Shown: positions 20,776 through 32,746 of the stretch, one piece after another
How the letters are laid out: each line of letters starts with the position of its first letter
How positions within the stretch are numbered: position 1 is the stretch's first letter
NCBI GenBank assembly: GCA_010093745.1
Contig: MU006001.1
Coordinates: 62,001-126,000 of the forward strand
From: Piedraia hortae CBS 480.64
Lineage: Eukaryota
Direction: 5' to 3'
Length of the DNA: 64,000 bases
Translations under genes and position numbers: made by a program
The notes under the pieces: model-generated
What the model was told of the DNA's origin: nothing
The model's input: only the letters and a program-made list of their open reading frames with translations
Database searches by the model: none

Positions 20776-22050
20776 ATGTCTGGGACAAGGCTGGCCGGGA
20801 GGGGAGTGGCCGTAGCAACTCGACCACCCACAGCTCGACAGCGGTGTCCGCGGTGTTCCCGGCCGCTGCTCAGCCATGGACGAACGCAGTCGACGGTGGC
20901 GGCGGCGGTGAGGAGCGCACTGGGAGGAAAGACGGCAGGACCAATGGGCATTGATCCATTACGAAGCGTGGCCAAGGAGATGAAAGCCATGACGGGGAAC
21001 ATACAGCAGCTGATTGGCTCCGGACACCCAATGCTGGACACGGTGTCCAAATACTACACACAATCCCAAGGGAAATACATGCGACCAATGCTGGTATTAC
21101 TCATGTCCCAGGCCACAGCCTCCTTACCCAAACAACTACGGCCCTTTTCACGGGGCTTAGAAGAAGTCGACGAACCCATGACACCCGATTCCGTCCTCTT
21201 AGACTCCAAATCGCCCCCCTCCACCACCTCCCAGCCCGAAACCAACCCCTCCATCCGCCCATCCCAGCGCCGCCTCGCCGAAATCACCGAACTAATCCAC
21301 ACCGCCTCCCTCCTCCACGACGACGTCCTCGACACGTCCGCCACCCGGAGGGGCAAACCCTCCGCGAACCTCGCCTTTGGCAACAAGATGGCCGTCCTAG
21401 CCGGGGACTTTCTCCTCGGCCGGGCCTCCTCCGCACTTGCACGCACGCGCGATCCAGAAGTCATCGAACTCCTTTCCACAGCAATCGTCAACCTCGTCGA
21501 AGGCGAATTCATGCAACTCAAAAACACCTCCACCGACGATCCAAACCCCATCTGGACCGAAGCAGTCATAACCCACTACCTCCAAAAAACCTACCTCAAA
21601 ACCGCCAGTCTAATCAGCAAATCCTGCCGCGCAGCAGCCCTCCTAGGCGATCAAACCTCCCCCGTCGTGGAGGCAGCATACCAATATGGGAAGAACCTAG
21701 GTCTCGCATTCCAACTCGTCGACGATATGCTAGACTATACCGTCACGGCGGATGAGTTGGGAAAACCCGCTGGTGCGGATTTGGAGCTGGGGCTCGCGAC
21801 CGCTCCACTGCTGTTTGCGTGGAAGAATGCGCCTGAGTTGGGGACGCTCGTGGGGAGGAAGTTTTCACAACCGGGGGATGTGAGCAGGGCGAGAGATATT
21901 GTGGCGGGGTCGGATGGGGTGAGGAAGACGAGGGAGTTGGCGGAGGAGTTTGTAAGTAAAGCTGTGGGTGCGATTGAGGGGTTTCCGGAGGGGGAGGGAA
22001 AGGAGGGTTTATTAGCGATGTGTGATAGGGTTTTGAAGAGGAGGAAGTAG
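20776..22050 (+). CDS. COQ1: Mitochondrial polyprenyl diphosphate synthase Coq1
   Basis: Arg-rich presequence, GKYMRP, ELIHTASLLHDDVLD, LKTASLI, GLAFQLVDDMLD, DLELGLATAP. Confidence 0.95.
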   Translation: MSGTRLAGRGVAVATRPPTARQRCPRCSRPLLSHGRTQSTVAAAVRSALGGKTAGPMGIDPLRSVAKEMKAMTGNIQQLIGSGHPMLDTVSKYYTQSQGKYMRPMLVLLMSQATASLPKQLRPFSRGLEEVDEPMTPDSVLLDSKSPPSTTSQPETNPSIRPSQRRLAEITELIHTASLLHDDVLDTSATRRGKPSANLAFGNKMAVLAGDFLLGRASSALARTRDPEVIELLSTAIVNLVEGEFMQLKNTSTDDPNPIWTEAVITHYLQKTYLKTASLISKSCRAAALLGDQTSPVVEAAYQYGKNLGLAFQLVDDMLDYTVTADELGKPAGADLELGLATAPLLFAWKNAPELGTLVGRKFSQPGDVSRARDIVAGSDGVRKTRELAEEFVSKAVGAIEGFPEGEGKEGLLAMCDRVLKRRK

Positions 22051-22588
22051 GGTGTATCGATTCCCGTGGATGAGACACCAATTATTTACGTGGACCCGTT
22101 GTCATCAGTATCAAGTTGTGGACGACTATCTGGCGGAGAGGTTCCAAGGTGATATACACATGTACCACCCACTGATGGAGGAAACTCTCGCCACATCCAA
22201 TATCAGGAAAAGGTTTATCGTCAGATCCTGTGAATGGTAAAGACCTCATTGCAGCTGAAAGAAACTGATACCATTCCACGTAAATCAGACGCAACTGCGG
22301 CTGCAAAAGGATCTTCATAATTCTATGTAGACCTTTCAACCTCGCAAAAAGTGCACAACACAACAATTCTCAACTTACCTCCCCAAGGCACAAGAAATCA
22401 CAGAATAACAATTCCATAAAAGCCGCACCGCAGCCCTACCTACCCATAAAACCACAAAACAAAAAAAAAAAAAAAAATACAGGATGTCAATCTGCTACAT
22501 GCCATCCATTTCCCATCCATACCCATCCATATCCATTCACCCATCCACATCACAAGCACACACATACAAAAAAAAACACGCTCTCAAA

Positions 22589-24568
22589 TCATAAAGCTGT
22601 CCCGGAGATGAACACCCCAAAATCAAACTCCTCCGCAGTAGCGTTCCTTGAGGGAGGCGACGCAGCTGCAGGAGGGAGACACATGAATACGTTTTGTGAT
22701 TGTTGTTGAGTTTGTGGTCTTTGAGGGTTGGAGTCGCTGTTTGATGATAGAGAGAAGGGGTTTTCAATGTATTCGTAGGACCAGGTGTCGTCGTTATGAG
22801 GGAATATATTCGCGTTTGGGTTGTTTGATGGTTGGGGTGGGAAGGCAGTGTGATTTGTTGCTTCGTGGCTGTTTCCTTGGGCGAGGAGGGCGGGGGAGAT
22901 GCTTTGGTTTTCCATTGGGGGGGTGAAGCGGTGGTGATGGGAGAGTTTGATGGGGCTGGGAATTGGTGGTGAGGTGGGCGGTGTCCAGCATGATGATGTC
23001 GCCTCGTCGAGTTGTTGGGTGGATGTGGTGAGTTTGTGGAGGGTTTGTGCGTCGAGGGTGGCTGGTGGACTATCTGATGGTGTCGCTGGAAGGCTGTGAT
23101 CTGTCCCGCCTGATGTGGAGCTTGCGTAGGTGATTTGCTGCATTGGCTCGGTTTTGATTGCTTCGACACCTTCTTCCAATTTGATCTTGTTCTTCCTCCG
23201 CTGCGTGCTGGCTTTTCTGACGCGAGCCTCGAGGTCGGGGCGCTTTCGCGGTCGACCGCGTTTCGGCTTCTCCTCTTCAGACTTCTCGAAGCCTGGAAGC
23301 GTTCCCTGGCAGCACCCGCGCTGACGATGCCGCGTTAATGCATCGTGGCGGGCAAATGCCATGCCGCAGGGGCACACAAAGGGCCGATCTGGGCTGTGGA
23401 TGGCTGCATGCCGCTTGAGATCGTGCTGACGGACAAATGTCTTACCGCAGCAGTCACACCGAAACTGGCGATCGCCGAGATGGGTCTGTACATGTGCCCG
23501 CACATTCTCTTTGCGTCCGAATCGACGTTCGCAGCCCGGCCACATGCAGGGGTATTTGGCGTCCGAGGGGTCGAGTTCGCCTATGAATCGTTGCACTTCT
23601 TTTGCTGGGATACCCGTCTGCACTATACTGGCTTGAATCTCAGGGCCAATGGGGTTAGGGGCGAATGGGGGTGGCGGAGTGATGTTGTCTGGTGCTGGAG
23701 CCCCGACAGTCGCTTGAACCATCATGTCGGGCCCATTGATGGCATTATTAGGCCCTACCAACGACGCGTCCTCTTCGAAGAGAGTAGTCAGCTGGCTTGG
23801 GGGGTGTTGAGGCCTTGGTGACACGGGATCGACGGGTGACACTGAATATGCGGATGAATTATAGCTACCGTCAAACCCAAATGACCCGTTGCTGTTCTGG
23901 TTGTAGAAGTTGTTCGCAACAACCGCCGGCATGGGAGCTGTATCGATTTGGAAACTGTGGCTTCGACCATGCTTAACCTCTGGAGGCGGCGGGCTGGGCC
24001 ATCCATGAGACGAGTAGACTGGTGATGAACTGGTGACGGCTGAATTATGTCGCTGATGGCCAGCTGCATGGAACATTGATGCAGACGTTGGCCGCGAAAT
24101 AGCGGCCAGATCATGCGTGAACAAAGGAGCCGATGATGGTTCGAAGAAGTCTTGATACCATTCAGCCTGGGAATGGACATCTGTGAGTGGAAGCAACTGC
24201 GGCGCATCTAAAAGGAAGCCCGGCTGAGCTGTACTGCTATGCGGCTGCGAATCTTGCACAAAATGCTGTTGATTCTGATCCGACGGGTGCCCTACGTTGG
24301 TATCCAATTGAGTCAATGAAGACATTGACTTGTTACTTGGTTGTTGAGGAAGAATAGGTCGAAATGATGTATTTAGGGACAGATGAGTTTGATCATGGCT
24401 GTAGCCGCGACGATGACTCGGCTTGTGAAAGGACGAGCCCCTTGGACTGGCTGGTACCGAAGCCGCTATACAAGGCACATCAAGCGACTGCTGCCGTCTG
24501 TGTGTTTGTCGTCGATCCTGGATGGTTACTGAAGCTTTGCTGGCCAGCATTTTGGAACAACGTTCCAT
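22589..24568 (-). CDS. Ace2/Swi5-family C2H2 zinc-finger transcription factor
   Basis: CMWPGCERRFGRKENVRAHVQTH, CDCCGKTFVRQHDLKRHAAIH, CPCGMAFARHDALTRHRQRGCC followed by PKRGRPRK. Confidence 0.88.
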   Translation of the reverse strand: MERCSKMLASKASVTIQDRRQTHRRQQSLDVPCIAASVPASPRGSSFHKPSHRRGYSHDQTHLSLNTSFRPILPQQPSNKSMSSLTQLDTNVGHPSDQNQQHFVQDSQPHSSTAQPGFLLDAPQLLPLTDVHSQAEWYQDFFEPSSAPLFTHDLAAISRPTSASMFHAAGHQRHNSAVTSSSPVYSSHGWPSPPPPEVKHGRSHSFQIDTAPMPAVVANNFYNQNSNGSFGFDGSYNSSAYSVSPVDPVSPRPQHPPSQLTTLFEEDASLVGPNNAINGPDMMVQATVGAPAPDNITPPPPFAPNPIGPEIQASIVQTGIPAKEVQRFIGELDPSDAKYPCMWPGCERRFGRKENVRAHVQTHLGDRQFRCDCCGKTFVRQHDLKRHAAIHSPDRPFVCPCGMAFARHDALTRHRQRGCCQGTLPGFEKSEEEKPKRGRPRKRPDLEARVRKASTQRRKNKIKLEEGVEAIKTEPMQQITYASSTSGGTDHSLPATPSDSPPATLDAQTLHKLTTSTQQLDEATSSCWTPPTSPPIPSPIKLSHHHRFTPPMENQSISPALLAQGNSHEATNHTAFPPQPSNNPNANIFPHNDDTWSYEYIENPFSLSSNSDSNPQRPQTQQQSQNVFMCLPPAAASPPSRNATAEEFDFGVFISGTAL

Positions 24569-24994
24569 TGAACGAGCAAGTCGAGTTCGGTGTTGATATC
24601 TCGCAATCTAGCCCGAATCTGTTCGGCGTAAGCATCGTAAACCAATCACCGTCGTTCGTGCTGACCTCACGCAGTGTAAGCCGCAGCTCCCTGGGCCGGT
24701 TATAACTTTGCGACGACCAGGCGCAAACGGCAAAGCGACCGTAAGATGCAATCAGATAAACGTCGTAGCAGTCGCAACGAATGCGCGCAAGCGTTGCGAA
24801 CCCTCTTCAAGTATGTACAGAGTTGAGAGGGAAAAGATGGGTTCGAGACGGGTCGTTGTAAAGAGATGAGCAACTTGGACGTCCAAGTCAACAGATCCCC
24901 ACAATGTCATATCCCCGGCAACCGGAAGACCTGCCAAGTTCTGCACCTTCCCGCTTCACGCTAGCAGTTATCATATTTATTATCGTTGCGCTAG

Positions 24995-25700
<706 letters not shown>

Positions 25701-26048
25701 GCTGGTATGGAGCCAGAAGTCGTAGGTAGAGTAGCCATCTGACCAGTCTCTTTGAGTCTCTCTTCACCAACGAAGTCATTCATCAGCCCCCGCTTGCCCA
25801 ACAAGGTTTGTTCACTAAATTCGTAACAGACAACTAAATTATGAGAATTCTCAACGCAGGCCAGGACGTAATGTGTGGCAGCGTGCTGATTGTTTATGGG
25901 ACCCCTGGAGAATCCTGCTGGAACGTGTTAAGTGATTCTGATCCGAACGATGAACGTGGTTGAACAGTTTTCCGCACTTATGTACACTACTGATGCAACC
26001 AAGAACGCCTACACCCAGCAATGATCCCATTGTTGTGTACTCGATGAC

Positions 26049-27822
26049 CTACAAAGAGCTGTTGAACACGAGGTCCTTGATCTCCTCCGTGATAGCCCTC
26101 GTCTCGTCATTGGGATCGTACATCCTCTGGCGAATGAAAGCATCAAGCTTCTCATCGCTCAAATTTCTGATGGACAGCTCGCGGTCAACTCCGTCCTTTT
26201 GAGCCGCACGGATGACTCCACGCGTGACGAGCACGCTGACATCCCTAATACGAGCGAGATCGGGATAGAGCGATTTACGCTCTGATTCTTCGGGCAGCAG
26301 CGCCGTCGAGAGCGATTCTGCAGAGGCATAGATCATGCCTTGCGTCACCTGCACTGCCCTGGACAGGATGGTGCCGAGACCAATGCCTGGGAAAACGTAC
26401 ATATTATTTCCTTGGCCGGGCACGAGGTCTTGGCCCTGGTAATGCAGGGTAGGGAAAGGGGAGCCAGACGCGAAGAGACATTTGCCGTTTGTGTAGTGAA
26501 CAGCCTCCTCAAACGTGCACTCAGACTGGCTGCTGGGATTTGAGAGAGGGAATATGACAGGGCGATCATTCATCTCCGCCATGCGACGGAGGATGTCAGG
26601 AGTGAATGCACCGCCGACAGTTGACAGACCCATCAGGATAGTAGGCTTGACGTATTCTACAACGTCAGCCAACGTACGATACTGGGCGTCGTTGTCGTCG
26701 CGCGCAAAATACACTTTATGGTCGGCCAGTTTGCCAGGGCGGTCCGTTGTAACGAGACCTTGACTGTCGACCAACCAAAAGCGCTTGCGGGCTTCATCCT
26801 CAGACAGGCCCTCTTTCATAAAAAATTCAGTCAACTGCTTCGCCACCCCAACACCAGCGGATCCAGCCCCAAAGAATACGGCACGCTGGTCTCTGGGCGC
26901 TACGCCAGATAACTTGACAGCGTTGATGAAGCCGCCTGTGATAACAGCACCGGTTCCCTGGATGTCGTCGTTGAACATGGCATAGGTACCTTGGTAACGC
27001 TCAAGGCTGGGGAAAGGGTTCTTAAAGTCTTCAAATTGGATAACGATGCTCGGCCAGCGCTCAGTCAAAGCAGCCATCATCTCGTCCAAGAACTCCTTTT
27101 CTTCCTCTGCGGAGACTCTAGGGCGACGAGAGCCCAGGTAGAGGGGATCATTGCGTTTAGTCTCGTTGTTGGTGCCCAAGTCAAGGCACAAAGGCAAAGT
27201 ACGTAGCGGGTGGATGCCCGCGCAGGCCGTATAGAGGCTCAGCTTGCCTACGGGAATGCCCATCCCGTCAATTCCCAGGTCACCCAGACCGAGAATGCGG
27301 GAACCATCTGTGACTACGGTGATATCAACATGGCGAGGCCAGTTGGAGATGATGCTTTGGAGGTGGCCGCGGTCAGCGAACGAAAGATACATGCCCTCAG
27401 GAAACGTGTACAGCTCAGACCAGCGCTGGCACGCCTCTCCCACCGTAGGGGTATAAATGAGCGGCGTAATTTCCCGCTTCAGGTCAGCATTACACCATGC
27501 GGCTACTCTGGAATGGTACCTTGACGTTATGTGCCAATACACGATAGAAGAGATTGACGTTAGAATTCCGAAGAACGCTCAGGTACTGATACTTCTCGAT
27601 ATCCGTCTTCTTCCCGCGGATAAGGGCCATACAGCGCTGTTCCTGCACCTCAAAGCTCTCCACGCCCGGCGGTACAAGGCCATGGGTACGGACAAACTTA
27701 CGGGTGCCGGTACTAAGGCTGGTATCAAACTCGAACGGCTGCGGCATGTTAGGACGCTCGTTAACAAGGTGATGCTTGGCTCTGACGACGGCCTGAGGCT
27801 GAGAAGTTGAGCCGGGAGACAT
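26049..27822 (-). CDS. Malic enzyme; exons 27822-27520, 27476-26049
   Basis: HGLVPP, PLIYTPTVGEAC, VTDGSRILGLGDLG, IQFEDF, FNDDIQGTG, GAGSAG, PLSNP, GQGNNMYVFPG; intron GTACCA..GCTGAC..AAG. Confidence 0.95.
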
Positions 27823-28076
27823 GGTAGAGAGTTGCGGATGAGTTGAAAACGAATGGTTCGTAGGGAGTGTACGGTTGAATAAAAACAACAGTCTGTGGCA
27901 ATTTGCACGCGGGTGCATGAGATGCCCGACGAGCGTCGATCCGGCCGTACAGACAAACCCGTACAGCTGAAAGCCGGAGACACGAAAATGTTTCGGTTCA
28001 CGTGGTGGCGACGTCACCAACGCCCACGCCAACATCAACGCCTGACTCGGGTGACATGACGTGACAGCCATCAAAC

Positions 28077-30323
28077 ATGTCGTGGTGCTGTGGTCGTCGG
28101 CGTCGGCGCGGTACAGACCGCGAGCCTTTGCTTCCTCAGTATGCTGAGGATACCACGCGTCAGCGTGAACTGCACATGAAGCTGCACTCGTATCAGATGC
28201 TTCGTGCCCTTTCCCTAGGCTACTTACCCAGCACCGAGCAGACGGTAATTAATCTGCGTACTGTTTTGGCTGCTGACGTCTTGAATCCTGATGAGCCTGA
28301 GTTGAGCCCGAGCGGCCGTCGCCTTATCAAGGGCATCCGCCGGTGGCTGTACCAGTTCATTGAGCTCTTGCAGCACAAAAATGACCGTGATCAGCTCCAA
28401 GACATGATCTGGTTTGCATCGCAAAGCCGTGTCTGGATTGATGTACAGGATTTGCGCAATCGAGCTGCCAAGACAAAGACCAAAGCAGATGCCCGTGCCG
28501 CATGGGATAGCCTGAGGACGGTGGGATCGCTGCTGCTGACCAACTCTGACTTTCGGGTGTTTATGAGCGATTTGAATGTGGTGGCTAGAGAAGTATTTCG
28601 TGACGCTGCCTTCACCCTCTCCAATGTCGCTGAAGAGGCAGGCAAGAAGCTGGAGCCTTCGGAGGCGCAAAAGTTGGCTGTGTCCAAACCCGGTGCTGAT
28701 GATGAGTTACAGCCACCAGACACTGAAGAGCTTGAGCAACAAGCTTCTGAAGTTGCCAACGTTGTCGTTGATGGATCTAAGCAGCTAGCAGCGACGGCTG
28801 TTGAAAGTGCAGATGAAAAACTTCGCGGAGACGAGGGACAGACGATGCTTAACCGTCTCAAGGAAGTCGTTGTGAAGCTCCGCCAGCGCAACGATTACAC
28901 TGACTCCGTCTCTGCTCTGTCATATCTCATTCAGCGTTATGCCAAGACTTATAGTCGAGCCGCTGAAAGGGTGCTAGATGCAGCCGCAGAGGACACTGAT
29001 CACAATCCAGAAATGGATCGAGCCCTCCATAATGCCTGGATATTCATTACCAGCTTTGGCGACCATGAAGAGTGGACTAACGTCGAAAGACGGTGGAATC
29101 AGCTCATGATTCACCATGAGTCTGACCCTCAATTTGAAGCAACAGTGAAAATGGTTGCCGAGTCTTTACAGCAGCTGTTGACTGACCCAGCTTTCTTCGA
29201 GAGTGCCCCTGACAAGGTCAAGGAATTGCAAGTTCAGATTCACGATAGCGAGACTAGCAGCAGCCTCAATAAGGACGTCCGTGCCTTTCTCCAGCAAGTC
29301 GAGTCAGCTTTGCAGTCAGTACGACGGGATGAAGACATCTCAAAATTGACCCACACTTCTCTGCGCATCTTTGGCATCCTGTTACCCAGCGGGACCATAG
29401 GTAACCAGGAGCTTGCGCAGGATGTCATCAACGTCCTAGTACCTCGCTTAATCTCCTCCATTCACTGCATTCCTGTGCCTCGTCTGGAAGTCAGTACTCC
29501 CGACATTGATTTGCTGTTGGAGAACCTCATCCTTGAGCCTGGACATACGGTCAACCATACTAGCTTCCTGCCATATCGTCTCAAAGTGGAGACATACAAT
29601 GACATGGAGCTGCGGGCCGCTCGGTTCCGGTGCACCACAGCCACTACCAGCCTCATGACTATCAAGATTGATGGACTGTCGCTGAAAGCCGATGACATTG
29701 GCTTCTGGTTCCGCACTCGCTCAGGTCTTTTGCGCTTTGCCGATGAAGGATTAATCTCGTTTGCCATGGACGAGCGTGGGCTGGATGTTCACCTTGACGT
29801 TGAATTTGGCAAAGAGCGTCTCGAGAACATGATTGAACTAAAAGATGTGCGCGTGCACATCCATAAGTTCAATTACAAGATGCGGCAATCCAAATTCCGC
29901 TGGGTGGCCTTCCTCCTCAAACCCATCCTTCGGCCGTTGTTGCGTAAAACCATGGAGCATCAGATTGCCTCTGGGCTGGCCGACTTCTTCCACGCAGCCA
30001 ACCGTGAGGTTGTCTTTGCCAGGGAGCGTCTCCGGGCAACCAGAATTAGCGATCCGAACGATCTCATGACATTCATCCGGGCCGTCATGGCTCGACTGAC
30101 ACCCGAAGAAGACCCCGATTTGTACACCCGGGTGGGTGTTGCGGCGCCCCATGGTGGAATACGGTCGAGGGCGGAGAATGTGTTTGCCGGAAGGTATGCG
30201 CCTGGGTCAATGGTGAAGGTGTGGGAGGAACAAGCATCGAGGGCTCGGGAGAGGCTGGATGATGGGGAACAGGGAGGATGGCGGAATGACATTTTTGACG
30301 TGCACGCGCTGTCTATGGGATGA
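28077..30323 (+). CDS. Conserved fungal DUF4449/BPI-like-domain protein
   Basis: 748-aa intact ORF; LPSTEQT, IPVPRLEVSTPDIDLLLENLILEPG and a beta-rich C-terminal half recall this family. N-terminal MSWCCG (possible palmitoylation) and DREPLL dileucine-type motif. Confidence 0.65.
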   Translation: MSWCCGRRRRRGTDREPLLPQYAEDTTRQRELHMKLHSYQMLRALSLGYLPSTEQTVINLRTVLAADVLNPDEPELSPSGRRLIKGIRRWLYQFIELLQHKNDRDQLQDMIWFASQSRVWIDVQDLRNRAAKTKTKADARAAWDSLRTVGSLLLTNSDFRVFMSDLNVVAREVFRDAAFTLSNVAEEAGKKLEPSEAQKLAVSKPGADDELQPPDTEELEQQASEVANVVVDGSKQLAATAVESADEKLRGDEGQTMLNRLKEVVVKLRQRNDYTDSVSALSYLIQRYAKTYSRAAERVLDAAAEDTDHNPEMDRALHNAWIFITSFGDHEEWTNVERRWNQLMIHHESDPQFEATVKMVAESLQQLLTDPAFFESAPDKVKELQVQIHDSETSSSLNKDVRAFLQQVESALQSVRRDEDISKLTHTSLRIFGILLPSGTIGNQELAQDVINVLVPRLISSIHCIPVPRLEVSTPDIDLLLENLILEPGHTVNHTSFLPYRLKVETYNDMELRAARFRCTTATTSLMTIKIDGLSLKADDIGFWFRTRSGLLRFADEGLISFAMDERGLDVHLDVEFGKERLENMIELKDVRVHIHKFNYKMRQSKFRWVAFLLKPILRPLLRKTMEHQIASGLADFFHAANREVVFARERLRATRISDPNDLMTFIRAVMARLTPEEDPDLYTRVGVAAPHGGIRSRAENVFAGRYAPGSMVKVWEEQASRARERLDDGEQGGWRNDIFDVHALSMG

Positions 30324-30489
30324 GAGTAATGCTTAAAGCTTGTTAATAGTCTACTCTGTATCTTAACTGTAACCTAGTCCCAACTGTCATCTGATTGTGC
30401 ATCGGTGACGCGTGCGGGTGCACCCGAGAGGATTGTTTCTACGCGTCGTAGGGGAAAACTGGCGTTTTCGACCTCGCACACCAGCAAGG

Positions 30490-31365
30490 ATGAATTTGTT
30501 CAGGATACTCGGTATGTTGCAGTGGAACAGCGGTCGCGGGAGGGTAAGCTGATGGAAACGCAGGCGATCTGTCGCATTTGGCGTCGATTGTCATCCTTCT
30601 CATGAAGATGAAGAGCTCCAGCGTATGTGCTCTAGAATCAGGATGCGGCAAAGTAATAACTAGTGATAGAGTGCATCAGGCATCTCATTCAAGTCGCAAC
30701 TGCTCTACCTCATGGTCTACATAACACGCTATCTTGGTAGGTATGCGGCCGGTTCTACGAACAATCTAACAGTATAGACCTCTTCTGGACCAACCCGACC
30801 AGGAGCCTCTGGAATACAACGTTCAAGATAATCTTCATTGCCTGCCAGTCATATGTGGTCTACCTCATGCTTGCCGACTACAAGCCCACGCACGATCCCA
30901 ATCAGGACACTTTCCGAGTCGAATTCTTGCTGGCCGGGGCTGCCGTTCTTGGCGTTGCGTTGCCGCCAAAGTACATGATTACAGAGGTGGGTTTGAGTCT
31001 TCTGTGTACTCAACCTTGGGCTAACGGGATAGATGTTGTGGGCCTTTTCTATTTGGCTTGAATCGGTAGCCATTCTTCCTCAGCTCTTCATGCTGCAGCG
31101 TACGGGCGAGGCGGAGGCCATCACGACGCACTACATCTTCGCTCTCGGTGCTTATCGTGCGCTCTACATTCCGAACTGGATCTACCGCCACTTTGTCAGC
31201 GAACATATTGAGCCGATTGCCGTCGTGGCTGGAATCATCCAAACCGTGCTGTACTCGGATTTTTTCTACATTTACTGGTCAAAGTAAGTGCTACCTCTGC
31301 GGCCACGGCACAGACTAACAGTATATAGGGTGCTTCAAGGGAAGAGGTTCAATTTGCCGGTATGA
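30490..31365 (+). CDS. ERD2: HDEL/KDEL receptor; exons 30490-30511, 30564-30622, 30670-30736, 30778-30986, 31033-31283, 31329-31365
   Basis: Spliced: [85 protein letters not shown]; five GT-AG introns. Confidence 0.96.
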
Positions 31366-31719
31366 GGCTGGGCGAGGGGATTCAAGGGTGTTTGTCAAGC
31401 GTAGAACAGCCTGGAGTTTTCATAACCAACGTGTACCGCACGAAGTAATATTTCCTCTTCTCCCACTCTTTCAAGGAGAGGAAGGGTAAGCAGGCGGAGC
31501 TCCCTCTGCCCTCCCATTTCCCCCCTGTAGAGGCATGGATTGGTGTAGCCAAACAGGGTGAATAGGAAGGGTGATCGTTTTCATGGAGGGAAGAACTCAA
31601 TGGATGGGGAAGAGATGACAGTCCCCGAGTTTTAGCCGCCCCACATGGTGTCGCGGGGACACGTCAATGACAACAAGTCCTCGAACGCCCCACCAAACCC
31701 CTCCCTCCACGAGATCACA

Positions 31720-32478
31720 ATGTCAACTCGCGCCAGAGCAGGAAAATTTCAAAAGGCCAAACGCGGCGGTGGCCGTCAGTTCACAAAGGGTCTGCGACCC
31801 GTCGATGCCGATGGCGTAGAGAAATCTATCTGGGCAGAGCCTTCGTCTTCGGAATCGTCATCAGAAGAAGACTCGAGCGACAGCGATAGCGAAGAAGACA
31901 GTGAAGAGGATTCGGACGAAGATTCTAGTTCAGAAGAAGATGCGCGCGCCAAGCAGGCGGAAAGGACTCGCGAAGAGCGCAGGGCTGCGGCCAAGGCAAA
32001 GAAGGAGGCGGCCATTAAAAAGAAAGCTGGTAAGCCCGCCGTAGGGGACATGCCGACTAGCGACGAGGAGAGCAGCGAAGAAGAGGATAGCAGCGATGAC
32101 GAGGATCCCAAAGCAAATGCAAAGGCTCCTGCTGCCAAAGCAAAAGCTCCCGCCGGTAAAGAAACTGCAGCAAAGAAAAATGGTGCCAAGCCGGAACTGT
32201 CACGCCGAGAGCGCGAGGCACTAGCGTCTGCGCAAGCTAAGCAAAGATACCAGAAGATGCATGCCGAGGGCAAGACAGAAGAGGCGCGTGCGGACTTGGA
32301 GAGACTTAAGCTTGTCCGGCAACAGAGGGAAGAAGCGGCTGCACGTAAAGAGGCAGAGAAGCAGGAACGGGAGCTGATTGACAAGGAGAAGAAGGAGCAA
32401 ATGGCTCGGCTAGAGAGACAGATGGAATTAAAGGCCAAGAGAGGTGGTAAGGGGGCGAAAAAGGGCGGAAAGTCATAG
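31720..32478 (+). CDS. PP28/PDAP1-like heat- and acid-stable phosphoprotein
   Basis: KRGGGRQF N-terminus, acidic Ser tracts, [42 protein letters not shown]. Confidence 0.85.
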   Translation: MSTRARAGKFQKAKRGGGRQFTKGLRPVDADGVEKSIWAEPSSSESSSEEDSSDSDSEEDSEEDSDEDSSSEEDARAKQAERTREERRAAAKAKKEAAIKKKAGKPAVGDMPTSDEESSEEEDSSDDEDPKANAKAPAAKAKAPAGKETAAKKNGAKPELSRREREALASAQAKQRYQKMHAEGKTEEARADLERLKLVRQQREEAAARKEAEKQERELIDKEKKEQMARLERQMELKAKRGGKGAKKGGKS

Positions 32479-32746
32479 TGTTCTTTTAACATTGTTCCAT
32501 TGCTAAAGGGTTTGTTTCTACTTGCTCTACATGTCGATACTGCATTGATAACAGCACCACTCTTGTCGCGCAAATTGAGTGTCGGATGTTGTTACGTGAA
32601 GTCAATTTCGTCATCCAAAGAGGGAAGTCGATGAAAATTTGCGGGGGAGGGGCAGTGTGCGACCCTAAGTAATGTTGCAACCCTAGGACAGCCCTGGACC
32701 CCTGACAGCGACATTTGAGCGACAGTTCACGCATTTGACGCTGACA

